NCBI GenBank assembly: GCA_030248215.1
Contig: JASANG010000443.1
Location: 1 to 64,000, forward strand
From: Enoplolaimus lenunculus
Lineage: Eukaryota
DNA length: 64,000 bases
Reading direction: 5' to 3'
The notes under the pieces were generated by a model, which saw only the letters and a list, made by a program, of their open reading frames with translations, was not told the origin of the DNA and ran no database searches. Position numbers and translations under genes: made by a program. Below, in pieces: positions 51,536 through 64,000 of this stretch (within the stretch, counting starts at the first letter, position 1; each line of letters opens with the position of its first letter).

Positions 51536-52186
51536 CTGTAATATACCGGATATTTGCGGTTGTGGTTCCAAATATCATAAAACTGCTTTTTACATTTCGA
51601 AATACTTAATATTTTGCAGCGACGGCAAATTCGTTCAGTTCAAGAGTGGACGCTGACATGGAATGACAAATCAAAGTCAAAAATTAATCTTAACTACACA
51701 AATACATATTTTTGCACGACTTAAATACTTTCAATAGTGTACAAATTTATACCCTATATCCGGTTAACATCCGGCTCCGGTTCCAGTACTAAAATTACCA
51801 TCCGGTCCCGGTTCCGGTAAAATTAATAACCGGTCAATCCCTGGTTACAGCATACTCTTTATTCTTCAAACCATACAAATACCACACCCTGGAATGGCGT
51901 CTCTCCCACAGCCAAGTTCCCCACATTTAGTTTACCCCCCAAAGTTGGTGCCCAACTTTTTAGAGTGGGCACAGCGTCATAGAACCTCTATGTAAGTACA
52001 TCTTCGAACGTTCTATATCGAGCTAAAATTCTCGAACAGTCTAAGTCGAATGCACTATTCGGAGAGCATTTATCAGCCAAAAATGCCATTAAATGACTCC
52101 TGTAATGAATGTTGTACAGTAAAAGTCAGCACAACAGAGTATAACGTATTAAAATCGCACCAAACACAAATCTTTCCAAATCTCAC

Positions 52187-52455
52187 CTCTCTTTCCTGCA
52201 ATCGTAAACCGATAACAAGCCCGCACCACATGTCCAGTTATCCGAAATCTGGCCACAGGGGGCACCATTGGCGTATTGTTTACCCCCAAAGCGGCCGAAA
52301 AGCTTCCCATCCTCGCACAGATTTGGATCGCCTGGTTAAAATCTGCGTCGCTACGTTGAAGCTCCCGCGCTAAATACTGTTTTTGATACGCCAAATCATT
52401 GCAACGTTGTTGTAGCAGTCGCAGGCGGCGTTCAGCGAGTTTCAATTTGTCTGAT
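52187..52455 (-). CDS. Exon encoding a PACT (pericentrin-AKAP450 centrosomal targeting)-like domain
   Basis: RCNDLAYQKQYLARELQRSDADFNQAIQICARMG...PPVARFRITGHVVRACYRF matches by eye the two PACT blocks (ALxYQKxYL...LARMG and RFRxxxxVxxAxxR); ttttcag acceptor, g|gtgaga donor. Confidence 0.8.
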
Positions 52456-53005
52456 CTGAAAATTAAATTTGTTCAAACAAAATTCAACAATGATATTTTT
52501 AATACTTGCAAGAATATTGATGCCGGCAAAATATGTAACTCTTGTCTGCAGTAGACACTACAGAAACGGTCAGAAATAAGGCGTCATCATAAATGAACGC
52601 AAGTAACGCACGAAACGCAATCGCACGCAACCACAATCGCATCCGTATGGGAACAAATGCAATTGCACTCAATCGCACACAATCAGAAGCACAATCAGAA
52701 GCGAAGTGAATGGGAAGCTTAAAACAATTTTATTACTAATGTGTCCCAATGAAAAATTAAAGTTTTGTTCCGGTTTGAACAGTTGATACGATCACTAGAT
52801 CACCAAGATCCGCAGCTCTTACCGTGCATGTAGAGTATGACGAAAACCCTCGCGAGCGAACCGAGCAAGAAGCTAGACGCAATTCTAGAACAAAATCAAT
52901 TGGCAACAGCCGTAAAACAGTAAAACGTTTCTTATTTCATGGATTGGTATATTAACACCAACACCTCATCCTGGCTACGCGCCTGACAATCACACGTGAA
53001 CGTAC

Positions 53006-53241
53006 CGCTCATTGATCTCCGAACACGTAGATTTAACATCAACTACCCGTGACTCGAGCACTGAATTCGCATTGCGACTCTGTTTCAATTCATAGTTAAC
53101 CCGAGCCAGTTGGACTTCAAATTGTGTTGTTCGGTCAATTAAATCACGTTTTAACTGCTCAATTTCCATAATAATTTGTCGATTCTGTTCGCAAACGGAT
53201 TCATAGTCTTTGTTTAGTTCGGCATTTGCCTGCTTCTGTTC
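53006..53241 (-). CDS. Pericentrin-like coiled-coil exon
   Basis: ttttcag acceptor, EQKQANAELNKDYESVCEQNRQIIMEIEQLKRDL...SEINE cg|gtacgt (phase 2). Confidence 0.85.
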
Positions 53242-53922
53242 CTGAAAACAGCCCAAATTACAGCCATGCGAACACAAATAAGTACAAGGCGAACAAATTT
53301 TTTCCTAAATAATTTTTGATAATTTAAATTTAATGAAAATTATTCTTTGCCAATATTTCCATCACAAAACCATAAACAAAATATCGAATTAAAGTTACAG
53401 CAGCAAACGTGGAATGATTTTTAGAAAGACGGAAGAACTAAATTTAGGCTAAAATATTTGAAAAAACAATGTTACATGACATTCACCAACCCTTAACAGA
53501 ATGTTTTAAGTAGATTCGTCTCAGTACGGACCATTAAAGTCTTAGTAATTCTTGGATTGATGGTTCGAAAAGAAAACTTTGCTACAGTTCCCGAGAGAGT
53601 CAAACGCATGGCTTACGGATTGCCGCCTTCACTACCGCATTCACTCAGTTACGTCGCTTATGCAATACGGAGTTCCAAACGGAAACAACCACTTAAAACA
53701 AAACTTTATACCTCAATATATTTTTGCGACTGGTTAACCTGACCTATTATCATTCACTTAACCCCTTATCACTATATGAATATTTTCCTGTTTGATCTGA
53801 GACCTAATTTCATGCTAATATTCGAACTCCGCAGAGCGGACTGGACTGGGATATACGCATCGAAATACCGCATAATGAACGTTCCAGTTTTATTAAGTAA
53901 ACAGCAATGAACTTTTACTTAC

Positions 53923-54091
53923 GTTAAGCAGGCCCAAATCGCTTGTTTGCAGTCGATTTTGTGCAATTTTTTCTTCATAATTAGCAATTTGTTCTTGATG
54001 TTCAGCATCTTTTTGCGATAACGTTTCGTACAGTGTAAGCAGCTGTGAAGACTTCGATGCAATATCGTTTACAGCGAATGCTAATTTTTCC
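53923..54091 (-). CDS. Pericentrin-like coiled-coil exon
   Basis: ttttag acceptor, (K)EKLAFAVNDIASKSSQLLTLYETLSQKDAEHQEQIANYEEKIAQ...LLN, gtaagt donor. Confidence 0.85.
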
Positions 54092-54724
54092 CTAAAACAT
54101 AATTTGTCAAAATATACATATTTATGGGACATAACATAATTAATGATGTATACCCGTAGCACAACTAAAATCTGGCAAGAACTTTACAATATATATTTTA
54201 GCAAACCAAGTAGAAACCATTAATAGAAACATAAAGTACATAACCTGCCCATTACAAAATACATGTGCGTGAACGTAATGACTATAATAGATACAGTTTT
54301 CAGCCCCAGCTACTCTACTAAGCCCCCAAGTTATTCAAATTAAATTTTTGCGCCCGTTCTTAATATTCATAGCACTAATCAATCATCATAATGTAGCTTT
54401 AGAACCAGTGTTTACAAATATCAAAACTGACACAGGAACTGAACTAATCAAATGCGAAAACGTTCATAATTTCAAGCATCTTCATTCACTGGTTCGAAAG
54501 TTACAAAAGGAGCAACTCACATTTGACAATATGGGTCCTGGTAATAAGTCCTATGATACAGTCCCGGCTTCCAACACGAACTACATTTCGCCAGAAACCG
54601 GGATACGAATGCACTTTTTCATCAGAACCAGGACAGGAATCGCTACAGGAATTGCAGTTATACTGCTACAGCACTCCAAATTCACTACAACGCAAAATAA
54701 AATACTAAAACCAAAACAACTCAC

Positions 54725-56197
54725 TTGAGTATTTCCATTTCAATTTGATCATTTTTTCGTTCTTTCCGCAACCGGCGTAACCCGTTCACGGTCTCAGTCA
54801 CTTGATGCTTCAAATATTTATTCTCAGCCGTGAGTCTTTTCAACGAGTCCTGTTTCCTAACGGTGCAACTAGTTTCCAACTCCGAATTCTGCTCAACTGA
54901 AGTTGGTTTCAACTCTAAACCATGCACCAAAGTCTCCTTGTTAGGAATTTCGTCCGATCCAACCTTAGAATTAGCCTGTGAAATTGAAAAATTAATTCGT
55001 TCACAAGCGCCCACCAACTCTCCGTCCAAAATGACCGTTTCTGGAATTGGCTCACTGCCAGAGACAGAATTTAATTTTTCTTGATCACCGGCGTCAAAAT
55101 TTAATTTTCCTTGTGGCGCAGACAATACGCTCTCCATACTTCCTTGATCCGTGCTATTTCCACGTGAGTCTGTAGTGTCAGGAAGCGAGCTATCTGTGGT
55201 CGGTTGCCCACTGGTCCCATCAGAATTAATCGACACAGAAGGCACTACAGTTTGCGTCTGGATCTGGCTCAATGACCCTCCAGCAAGTTTCAAATCAGAT
55301 CCCTCGCTCTTACCCAGCACACCCGAGACACCACTTACACCCTCCGATTTAGTCTTTCCAGTGGCTTCATGTTCGACCATCGCGTTATCCACGCAATCCA
55401 TATTCTGATCAGTACCGGTCCCCCCAATTTTACACTTGGCTCCAAACGGTGATGATATATTCAACCATGCACTTTTCTCACAATTCACACCAGATATTTT
55501 CTCGCCATTATATGCACTAATCTCAGCAATTGAACTGCGGCAACTTGTAAATTGACTGGGTTGGCTTGTTTCACTTGCGATTACTTGTTCCAAACGCTCA
55601 TACAATGACTGAAGCATCGACAAATTCGCAGCAGGAGCCGGTGGTAATTCTACTAGCGAGCTGCCCTTCGACCATTGTCTTTCTCGACTGTCCATACCTT
55701 CATTTATCCGATCTTCCCTTATACCAGTAACCTCAACCCCTATCCCACGTTGTATTCTCACATTACCCACTTCGTTTTCATCGTTCAATCCAAGCTTTGC
55801 CCCCACACCCTCCGAGATCCCTTCGGAGGCATTTGTAATTCGTTTCCAGCATACTGTTTCCGCCCACTCCGCCAGTACTCGTTGATGCCGAATAATTTCC
55901 GTTAACAGCTTGCGAAGTTCGTTTCGTTCTTTTGCCAACGCCAACGAAATTTCAAACTTATCATTCGCAGCATTGCATTTGGTGAGATAGGGGGCGGAAA
56001 GCCCCGGCTTTTCAGACTCCGAAATTGGCAACCCGCATAAACCAGAATGTTGCCCAAATACAGTGTCACGACAAGTAATTTGGCTTAAATCGCCAACACT
56101 CTTTGATCGCTTGAGTGAATTTGAAGTAACATTTAAGCTCCTTTGCATAAGAACAGACCCTTCTGATACCTTATAACTTTTAATCTTTGGAAGCAAA

Positions 56198-56233
<36 letters not shown>

Positions 56234-56301
56234 AGTTGCAACTGTTGAATGTTCTCTTCGTACTGACTTACAACATCATCATATTGTGCAACTGCATTTC
56301 T
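54725..56301 (-). CDS. Pericentrin-like large exon (coiled coil, poly-Q, disordered Ser/Gly-rich region, coiled coil)
   Basis: Part of the 650-aa ORF; ttgcag acceptor before RNAVAQY; ends EMEIL aa|gtgagt (phase 2, matches next exon). Confidence 0.82.
56199..56232 (-). repeat. (CAA)n coding microsatellite, poly-Gln
   Basis: (tgt)n on the + strand; QQQQQQQQQQQ in the pericentrin-like exon. Confidence 0.92.
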
Positions 56302-57242
56302 CTGCAACAAACACAAATAATACCATAACTTGTCCGTCTTCCACAATAACATGCGTACATCATGTCGCAATTTGTAGTGTACCTGCAGCCAACACGCAAG
56401 CGGAAACATACCAGCAAATTGTCGATTTGGGTCCAAAAAGTAGACACCGAGACTATGGGAGTCGATCGAGACTATGGCAGTCGCTATAATTTTGTGTATT
56501 TTAATGTCGTTTAGCCCGTCCGACAACCCACAACAATTGCCGCATGGCACAGCATAACAATTTGTAAAAAATTTGTCTTGCAGCACAGCGCCAATTTTTT
56601 TGGACTGCGACCAGGCGCATTTATCTATACAGCTGTCCCGATAATTACTTTTACAAAACCAATCAAACAGCAATATTCAAATGCAACCAATTAAACAACA
56701 ATAACACACAAATACCTTCCAATCAGAAAACTCCTTATCCCGCAATCGTTGCGTCTCACGAAGATTTGCCAATTCTGCAGTAAGTACTCCCTGAAACAAC
56801 AATAAACGGCGTAAGCATCTTTCAAAATAACTTGCCAATGTAGCAATAGTCCATAACGCCGTGGTAACGTAAGCTTACGTGTGGCTTCATTCTTAAGAGA
56901 TGACGTACGGCAATTTTGAAAGTTGCCACTCGTTAGCCCCACCATTTCTCATTATTATGGTGCCCAGTTGGGAACGATTATTGTAAAAGCTGAGTAATTT
57001 TCACATGCCTTTGCAGGACGCCTGTTTTGCCGACCTTATGTATGACGAGCACGTGAAATTACTGTGGAATACGTATTATTTCGAACCGTATTCTAAAATG
57101 CATGCAGAATTTTTTAAAACTATGCCACGCAGACAGCAGTACCCATATCAGTTTCAAGAATAATGAATGACAGCTAACTTATACACCGCTATGACAAGCT
57201 AGCGCATCTATTGGCAATAACAATGGCACCATTGGCAACTGT

Positions 57243-57633
57243 CAGGGTGCAACCGGAATTCCGGTTCCGGCATTTTTTCACCTTCCGGTTCCGGTTCCGG
57301 TAAATTTTTACCGGATTTAAAAATTCCGGTATTATAATTTGGCCGTTTTCTTAACTTTGCTAATTTTTAAGAATCTCTTTTGAAAGCCACTTGTACTCCA
57401 AATATAAGCCATTGATGGTGGATTTCACTTCAGTCGATGATGAAAATCTAAAATACAACAAATAAAATAAATATCTATGTTCGACTAAGGTTATTTCACA
57501 AATAATAGAGCAAAAAATAAGATTAAAATGAAATTTTTGGTGAAATGCATTTTTCACTTTCCGGTTCCGGTTCCGGTAAAATTTTCAAATTCCGGTTCCG
57601 GTTCCGGTAAATTGTAATTCCGGTTGCACCCTG
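57243..57633. mobile_element. hAT-type MITE with perfect 8-bp TSD
   Basis: gcaactgt-CAGGGTGCAACCGGAATT...AATTCCGGTTGCACCCTG-gcaactgt; subterminal ttccgg repeats. Confidence 0.9.
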
Positions 57634-58589
57634 GCAACTGTGTGCAGCACCTATTACCAGTTAGAGATAGATCCGTCAATGCATGAACTATTAAAGATGT
57701 AAACTTATTAAATGCAATCAGAGTCGATGAACGTAAAATTTCAAAGCTCACATCGCCGCTTAATTCCAAAGTTTCGCCATTTTTCACCAACCGGTAATAG
57801 GTGCTACACACATTTGAGATTAATTTTACTTTCTATTAGAACCAAAAAGGCCTTCTACACGGGCAATGCGAGCCACAACCGATATTATATTAACTAGGAA
57901 CCGACGGGATATCTGGTTCCTGTTTTACATGCCGGGAACAATCAACATCGGTATCCGGTTCCAGCATAATTCCTCTGGATACCGGATAGTTTTGACACTG
58001 AAAATCAAAAAACTCCCAGCGAATAATTATTAATTTTATTTTAGTGCACACATAGCCGCTATATACCAAATTAACATCCGTTTCCGGTTCCGGAAGATAA
58101 GTTACTATCCAGCTCCTGAACTGGTTAAATTAATATCCGGTCGATCCCTGATATTAACACCGTAATATCTACACTAACTGTGAACAACAACGCTGCATTT
58201 CAATGCTAAACTGCTCAAAAAACAATTTAGCTGTATACAACACAGACTTGTTTCGAAAAAATAAATTCATCACACAACAACACAATAAATACTCACCGAA
58301 AATACAAGATCTGAAAACATTTCAGGTTTTAACACACATTATCATACTAAAACTCGATTAATATCATCATGATACGGTTAAAGCGAAAGTTATTGCATAC
58401 GTAACCTGGAGCATAGCACTAAGAGGACAAAGACCATAGCACCTCCCATGACGTTGAACTTGACATAATATTTCGTTCTCTTAATAACTACATGCTAATT
58501 TAACTACTTAATTCAGCCGTAGCCGAACTGCATCTATTGACCGAAGCTCGGATATACATACTTTTTAGTTAGTCTAGTTAAGCATTCCA

Positions 58590-59460
58590 GACTTATAAAG
58601 CGTAAACGGATAACTTGACCCATTTCCTTTCCAATTAATCTGATATGCAACATAGTTATTAGCTAACAATTAAATTATCGGTTTTGGAGGTTTATAAACA
58701 ATTTATTATGACTGCCCGTAACCAAAAACCCTTCAGCAACCTTAACCTTCAGTGAAATAATTTAAAAAGTCCTAATTTAGGCTTATCAGTTAAGCTGATA
58801 CGGAAATTAGCTATGAGCTAACGATTTAATTAGTCCTGAAGGTTTATAAACAATTTATTACTATTGCTCGTACCTAACAACCATTTAACAGTGAATGTGA
58901 TCGCTTATAACCCTAATAATCAGTGAATTAACAAGTCCAAATTTAGGCTTAACCAATTATACAAGTTAGCTTGTAGCTTATAAACGAGTTAAAACTTTAA
59001 AACACCAATGCGAGGCTAACACCCCAGGATAATACGTAAGCTTTGAAACAAAAAAGTTTATCAAAATCGGTTTAGCGATTTCTGAGATTCTTTTCGAACG
59101 GACAGACGGACGCACGGACGGACATCAACCTTTCGTTCCCCTATTACAACACATGAAACGCTTCGCTCGGAGTTTCGTTTCGCTCTATTAATGACATACA
59201 GTAAAACGTCCTAATTTAGGCTTAACCAATTATGCAAAATTGTCTGTAGTTAAAAAACGGCTTAAAAATTTTAAAACTCCAATGGGAGGTTAACACCCCA
59301 GAATAATTAACTTTCAAACAAAGAAGTTTATCAAAATCGGTTCAGCGGTTCCTGAGATCCTTTTCGGACGGACAGACAGACGACAGGCTAACGGACATCC
59401 ATCTTTCGACCACAGAGTACAAAACATAAAACGCTTCGCGAAACTCCGAGCTTCGCTCAA
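58590..59460. mobile_element. Helentron/DINE-1-like non-autonomous repeat with internal tandem duplications
   Basis: Duplicated blocks gtcctaatttaggcttaaccaatt...aagtttatcaaaatcggtt.agcg.tt.ctgagat...cggacagac(g/a)gacg; the GACR microsatellite and aaaatcgg motif resemble DINE-1/HINE elements. Confidence 0.5.
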
Positions 59461-59696
59461 TAAGCTTAAAACTAAACGACATATACTTACGTAATTGACA
59501 TAGCCCATCCTAGACCAGAATCCTGGTTACGGCAATGTCAGTAAACACAATTATATTCCTGAACAGCTACTAGCAGAACAGGGGCTCAAAATTGGTTCAG
59601 TTTTGACGCACCATTTATAATTTAAGTAAACTTAAATTGTTTACTGAAAACTTTCGACTTAAGTAAAAGCTACGAGGTTTTAATAAAAATACCAAC

Positions 59697-59852
59697 CTTT
59701 TCCGACAGATTTTCATCGAAAACTTCATTCAAATCTGCGTGTTCGGTTTTCAATCGTTCATAATCGGCACATTTTGCTGCAAACAGTTCTTGTAGTTGTT
59801 TCAATTTTGCGTCTTTTGTTGCATTTTCTTCCGTTAAATGTACGTACGCTTT
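59697..59852 (-). CDS. Pericentrin-like coiled-coil exon
   Basis: ttttcag acceptor, KAYVHLTEENATKDAKLKQLQELFAAKCADYERLK...ENLSEK, gttggt donor; 156 nt. Confidence 0.82.
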
Positions 59853-60472
59853 CTGAAAAAATGAACAAAATGTGTTAAAATAACTAAATTCATACCAATC
59901 AACTACTGTATATATTAAGAAAAAAGCTCACAACGCTTTACATATAACTGTCGGCATGTGTGTACAAAGTGGTTGCAGTTGAACCTCGATAAGCTTCCTA
60001 GGTAATTTTAAAATAAATACCGATACAAATATAAAAATGTCATTTAAAACTGAAAATTTTAGAACTCCAACAGTAGCTTATTGAAAAGTTTTATTTGACT
60101 CTACTTTACACGACCCACGCCAATAATCTGGCGGCGCTCAAAATTATATTCAGTAACAGAGCACCATTACGGGCGCAAATATGCATTACACCAGCTCCTG
60201 CAAGCCTTTGTGTTGCCAAACCGCTTTGGTAACCCAAACCTTCGCAGGAGCACACGTTACCATAGGCTTAGTCAAGATTTTCGATGAGGTAAAGCGTTAC
60301 GTTCTATAAAAATTTAAATGGGGGTTTCTGGTGTTGCAAACTGAACCCACGTCTAGAAAACCTCTACAAAAATCCCAAATGAGTGGTTTGACGCGTGAAC
60401 ACCCCATGGCTACGCCCTGGCCAATTACAGCTAGATTTGCGTCTTAATATAAATTTTTCCAATCCCCAGAAC

Positions 60473-60592
60473 CTTAACATCGGCAACAGCTTGTAGCCGT
60501 TGATTGCTAATCTCAACTGCGTCTGTTTTCTCTTCAATTTGTTTCTCCAAATCTTTTTGCTTCGCAATCAAGCCATTCAACTTGGTTTCTTT
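60473..60592 (-). CDS. Pericentrin-like coiled-coil exon
   Basis: tttcag acceptor, KETKLNGLIAKQKDLEKQIEEKTDAVEISNQRLQAVADVK; the donor could be 6 nt earlier; phase 0. Confidence 0.78.
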
Positions 60593-61296
60593 CTGAAACG
60601 AATGCACCGGAACCAGTGGAAAAACTGAAGGGGGCGAAATGTGGGTGGGGAAGACGAGTAAGTTTTTGTACCTTAATATTCGTGTTTTTACGCGTTGCTA
60701 CTTTGATCGCTACGCACCTAACAGGGTTGTTTTATCCGAAAAAAATGACCGGAAACATGATTTTTCCCATTTTTAAGGAGAAAATGGAAAAATGAGAAAA
60801 CTTCATTTTTTCAATAATTTGTCCGGTCAACAATCCTGGTATCTAATGTATAGACGCAAAAATTTATGACTTAGTACCAAACTTCAACTTACAAGTCATG
60901 CGCGACGTTAAAACTGGTGCAATGCAAAGTTAAAAAGTCTGAAAACTTGGAAATTTTGTGTTTGTCAGGGGCTGGAAAAACGGGGAGAGGTCAACTGTGG
61001 GGAGGGATCGGAGCGAAAAAAATCAAATATGGCTTGGACTTCTCTCATCACATGGGAAACATCGAATTCGGAGTGACCAAACAGCGAAACCCCATGCGCA
61101 ATTATTAATTTTAAAACAAACCATACACTAAAACAAACGACCAAATACAAAAGTTAAGGTATCTATGTATACACACCAGTGCCCTGTACTCTAAAGCCGC
61201 AATCATATTTTGATCACATTTTACCATGTTAGAAAGTCTTTATCATATTAAAACGCCGTGTTTACATTTGTATAGAATGCTCACTCAGAAACTTAC

Positions 61297-61455
61297 TTCC
61301 GACAAAACGGCCTCGTGCGACTCAATTATGTTTGCTTTCTCGCGTGACCATCCTGCATTCAAAGCTTCAATTCGGCGTTTCATTGTTTCGTTTTCGTCGT
61401 ATAACTTGCGATTGTCACCAGTTAGGTTTACTGTCCGTTTCTTTTCGTTTTCCAA
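61297..61455 (-). CDS. Pericentrin-like coiled-coil exon
   Basis: tttag acceptor, LENEKKRTVNLTGDNRKLYDENETMKRRIEALN...HEAVLSE, gtaagt donor; 159 nt. Confidence 0.82.
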
Positions 61456-61770
61456 CTAAACAAATAAACGAATAAATCAATGGCTGTGCTGCAAAGACAT
61501 GACTTAACCACATTTCAAGTCCAGAGTTAAAGGCTATCAATAAGAAAGAAATGACTGTCAACGCAATCGACGGTAACCGATACCTACATTAATTCTGAAC
61601 TTAAAACCGTTACCAGACCTAAATAAAATACGTATATTTACTGACTTATATTCGAAATCAACTTAAACTCCAGAGGAAGACTTAAGTCATGCACTTAAAA
61701 GGCGCATCAAAGAAATAATAAAAATCAAAACTCTCAAAAAATCAAAACTCTCAACAAAATAAAAATTTAC

Positions 61771-61962
61771 TTTTTGCTTCAAAGACTCGTTGTCTTGTTT
61801 GATCACAGACAGCTCGTTCTCAAGTTCCGTCACTCTTCGATCGCTGTCCATTCGTTTACGATGAGCGTCTTCCAAACGTTCCAACCGAATTTGAAGTTGC
61901 GATTTTTCAGTTTGAAGTTGTGACTGCCGCCGCGTAAGTGCATCCATTGTATTTTTATCCAC
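61771..61962 (-). CDS. Pericentrin-like coiled-coil exon
   Basis: VDKNTMDALTRRQSQLQTEKSQLQIRLERLE...ELENELSVIKQDNESLKQK; ag/gt borders; 192 nt. Confidence 0.85.
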
Positions 61963-62603
61963 CTTAAACGAGATAAAATTGAAAATCATAGTTCGTAAAC
62001 GCTTTGTTCCATTGAATACGATTCAGAAAAAAACGCTTAAATGTTTACTTAAAGCCCATGCACACGTGCAATTTTTTGTAGCGAGAACTAGCAGCTGCAA
62101 CTTGCCCGAAATACTTACAGATGCAAATAATTTCAAAGGAAAATGCCGATTGACCAGTAAAACTGTAGGTGCAAGAAATTCATGCAACTTGCAACTGTGT
62201 AATTCGACTGAATATTGTGGAGCTGCAAAAACTTCAAATCTGCTTTATGATCAAACTTGCACAATGTAAGTTGTACGTGCTTTAAGTGTCAAAATTGCGA
62301 CTAACAACACGGTACAAACAAAATTTCCAACGTTAGCGAAATCTAGAGAAAATCCGGTAATATTTTTTACTGAATGTTTCCGACATATGGGATATTTAAA
62401 TCCAGTTGCACCATGACTGAATCCAATTTTTTACAATACTTAATTAAGAATACTGTTAAAAATAAACTTATAATGAAAAAGTTGCGCTGAATTTAAATTA
62501 CAAAACTACATTTGCCAATATTGATAAACGCTAAAATCACTAAGCTACTAAAAACTAAACAATGCTGGAAAACGCCACCGCTTTCCAACAATCATTTACA
62601 TAC

Positions 62604-62741
62604 CTCACAACGTTTGTGTAATTCCACATTTTCATTTTTCAGACGGTCGCATTCATCTTTCAGCTCCGAATTCAACTGTTCACTGTTCTCGATCTCGCGT
62701 TTAGCACACAAGCCGCGCGCTGTTAACGTCAGCATCGAGGC
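62604..62741 (-). CDS. Pericentrin-like coiled-coil exon
   Basis: tttag acceptor, ASMLTLTARG...ELKDECDRLKNENVELHKRCE, gtatgt donor; 138 nt. Confidence 0.82.
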
Positions 62742-63536
62742 CTAAATTTTTTTAATAAACAGATTACTACTTATAATAATGAACATAAATTGCATTCAAT
62801 GAAAAAATAAAAAGCCGAAAAAACTGTACGTTTCCGAATAACATAAGAACAGTATATAAGTTATGTACTGCAAATTATTGCTAAAGTACAGCTAAACAAA
62901 ATTATCGTGGGTAATGTTTATCACATCTTCTGAGGTTTTCCTTAGCTGCTCGCGAGGGGAAGAGCGAGCCCCCTAAATAACCTGAAGAGTACGGGTTTTA
63001 CCTAGGGATATGCCGATATCAAAATTTTTGCCGATACCGATGCCGATTCTAACTTTAGTATACCCTGCTTAATAAGCAGATAAAATACTACATTACGTTA
63101 TTATATGAAGGCTTAAACCCTAACCATAATAAACGATTATAATTTTATAAGAACGGTTAATTTCAATAATTAATTTTTTCAAACACAAACGCGAGAGATA
63201 ACAATTTTCCTAAGCAGACACACTATTGTGCGCCCAAAGATGAAATTGATAGCATTCCAACTGACTGTTATGTGCAAAAAGTATCGGCAAAAATTACCAA
63301 ATATTAAACCGCAACCAAAGATCGGTGGCTCCTGTGCAGAATCGTCAGGCATTCAAAACTAGATCTCTGAACCAATCAAAACACGACTTCACCTCGCATA
63401 ATAGGTAACCTGAGTTTCAATAAAATTAAGCGGCGGCGGTGCTGAGGCTCAAAATACTACCTAAATCACTCAGAATAATCCTCAATCTTTTTAGCACGAC
63501 TCGTAATAATGCAAGGACAGTTTTCCAAAAACTCAC

Positions 63537-63677
63537 TTTCAAAGCTTCGATTTCATTCTGCAATCCACTTTCCATTTGAGTAGCATTTGCCTCAGACAAC
63601 CGTTTTCCTGCAACAACTTCTTCAATCTCACAACGCAAGCGTTCATTTTCAGCTGTGACTCGTTTGTAGTCATAGCA
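63537..63677 (-). CDS. Pericentrin/AKAP9-like coiled-coil protein, first exon seen in window (gene continues beyond 64000)
   Basis: tttcag acceptor, CYDYKRVTAENERLRCEIEE...LQNEIEALK, gtgagt donor; 141 nt, phase 0/0. Confidence 0.8.
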
Positions 63678-64000
63678 CTGAAATATTAATCATATCACAT
63701 ACCTTTCTCAAATGTGTTAGCACCTATCGTCAGTTAATGAAAGCTCATATAGTCAGCTTCAAAATAGAACACATTATTGCATTTTTGACTTGTCCTGCTA
63801 CTGTGCAAATTTCGAAATCCGGAACGGCAGGAATTCGCTTCATTAAAAACCTGTCACAAACAGTTGATACGCGCAATACAAATCAAGAATACGACGAGTA
63901 CTGTCGAAAATCAAGCAATACTTTAGCAACAGACTTATACCTTACTTGGGTTTTTATCCGCCTTACTTCGCATGGTGATATACGAATTTTGTTTTTGAAA

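Noticed and set aside
63946..63973. ATG-MRSKADKNP segment as first exon of the pericentrin-like gene
   Set aside because: It ends in phase 1 while the exon at 63677 begins in phase 0; the real 5' end is probably outside the window.

Overview
AT-rich, intron-containing animal genomic DNA, most likely a nematode (TTAGGC telomere-type hexamers, TTTCAG/TTTTAG splice acceptors, a nematode TWK-type channel); the species cannot be determined from sequence alone. Three protein-coding genes could be built by hand with GT-AG introns whose phases match. (1) A + strand two-pore K+ channel (K2P/TWK), 4 exons at 25656-31698; its first exon is uncertain. (2) A + strand two-exon gene (39845-39887 + 40720-45038) for a ~1453-aa protein with a signal peptide, three tandem ionotropic glutamate receptor-like ligand-binding domains in which S1 is joined directly to S2, and no transmembrane or pore region. 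It looks like a secreted, channel-less iGluR/IR ligand-binding protein and is the best candidate for an undescribed system here. (3) A - strand coiled-coil gene with at least 11 exons (63677 down to 49950, 5' end outside the window) carrying a PACT-like domain, i.e. pericentrin/AKAP9/PLP-like. The rest is dense with non-autonomous DNA transposons (MITEs) from about 10 families, several with readable target-site duplications (2-bp variable, TA, TWA, TTAA, 8-bp), nested insertions, tRNA-derived repeats, telomere-like arrays and minisatellites, including a 79-bp array that grew from a MITE just after the K2P stop codon. Most short ORFs in the supplied track are artefacts of these repeats.
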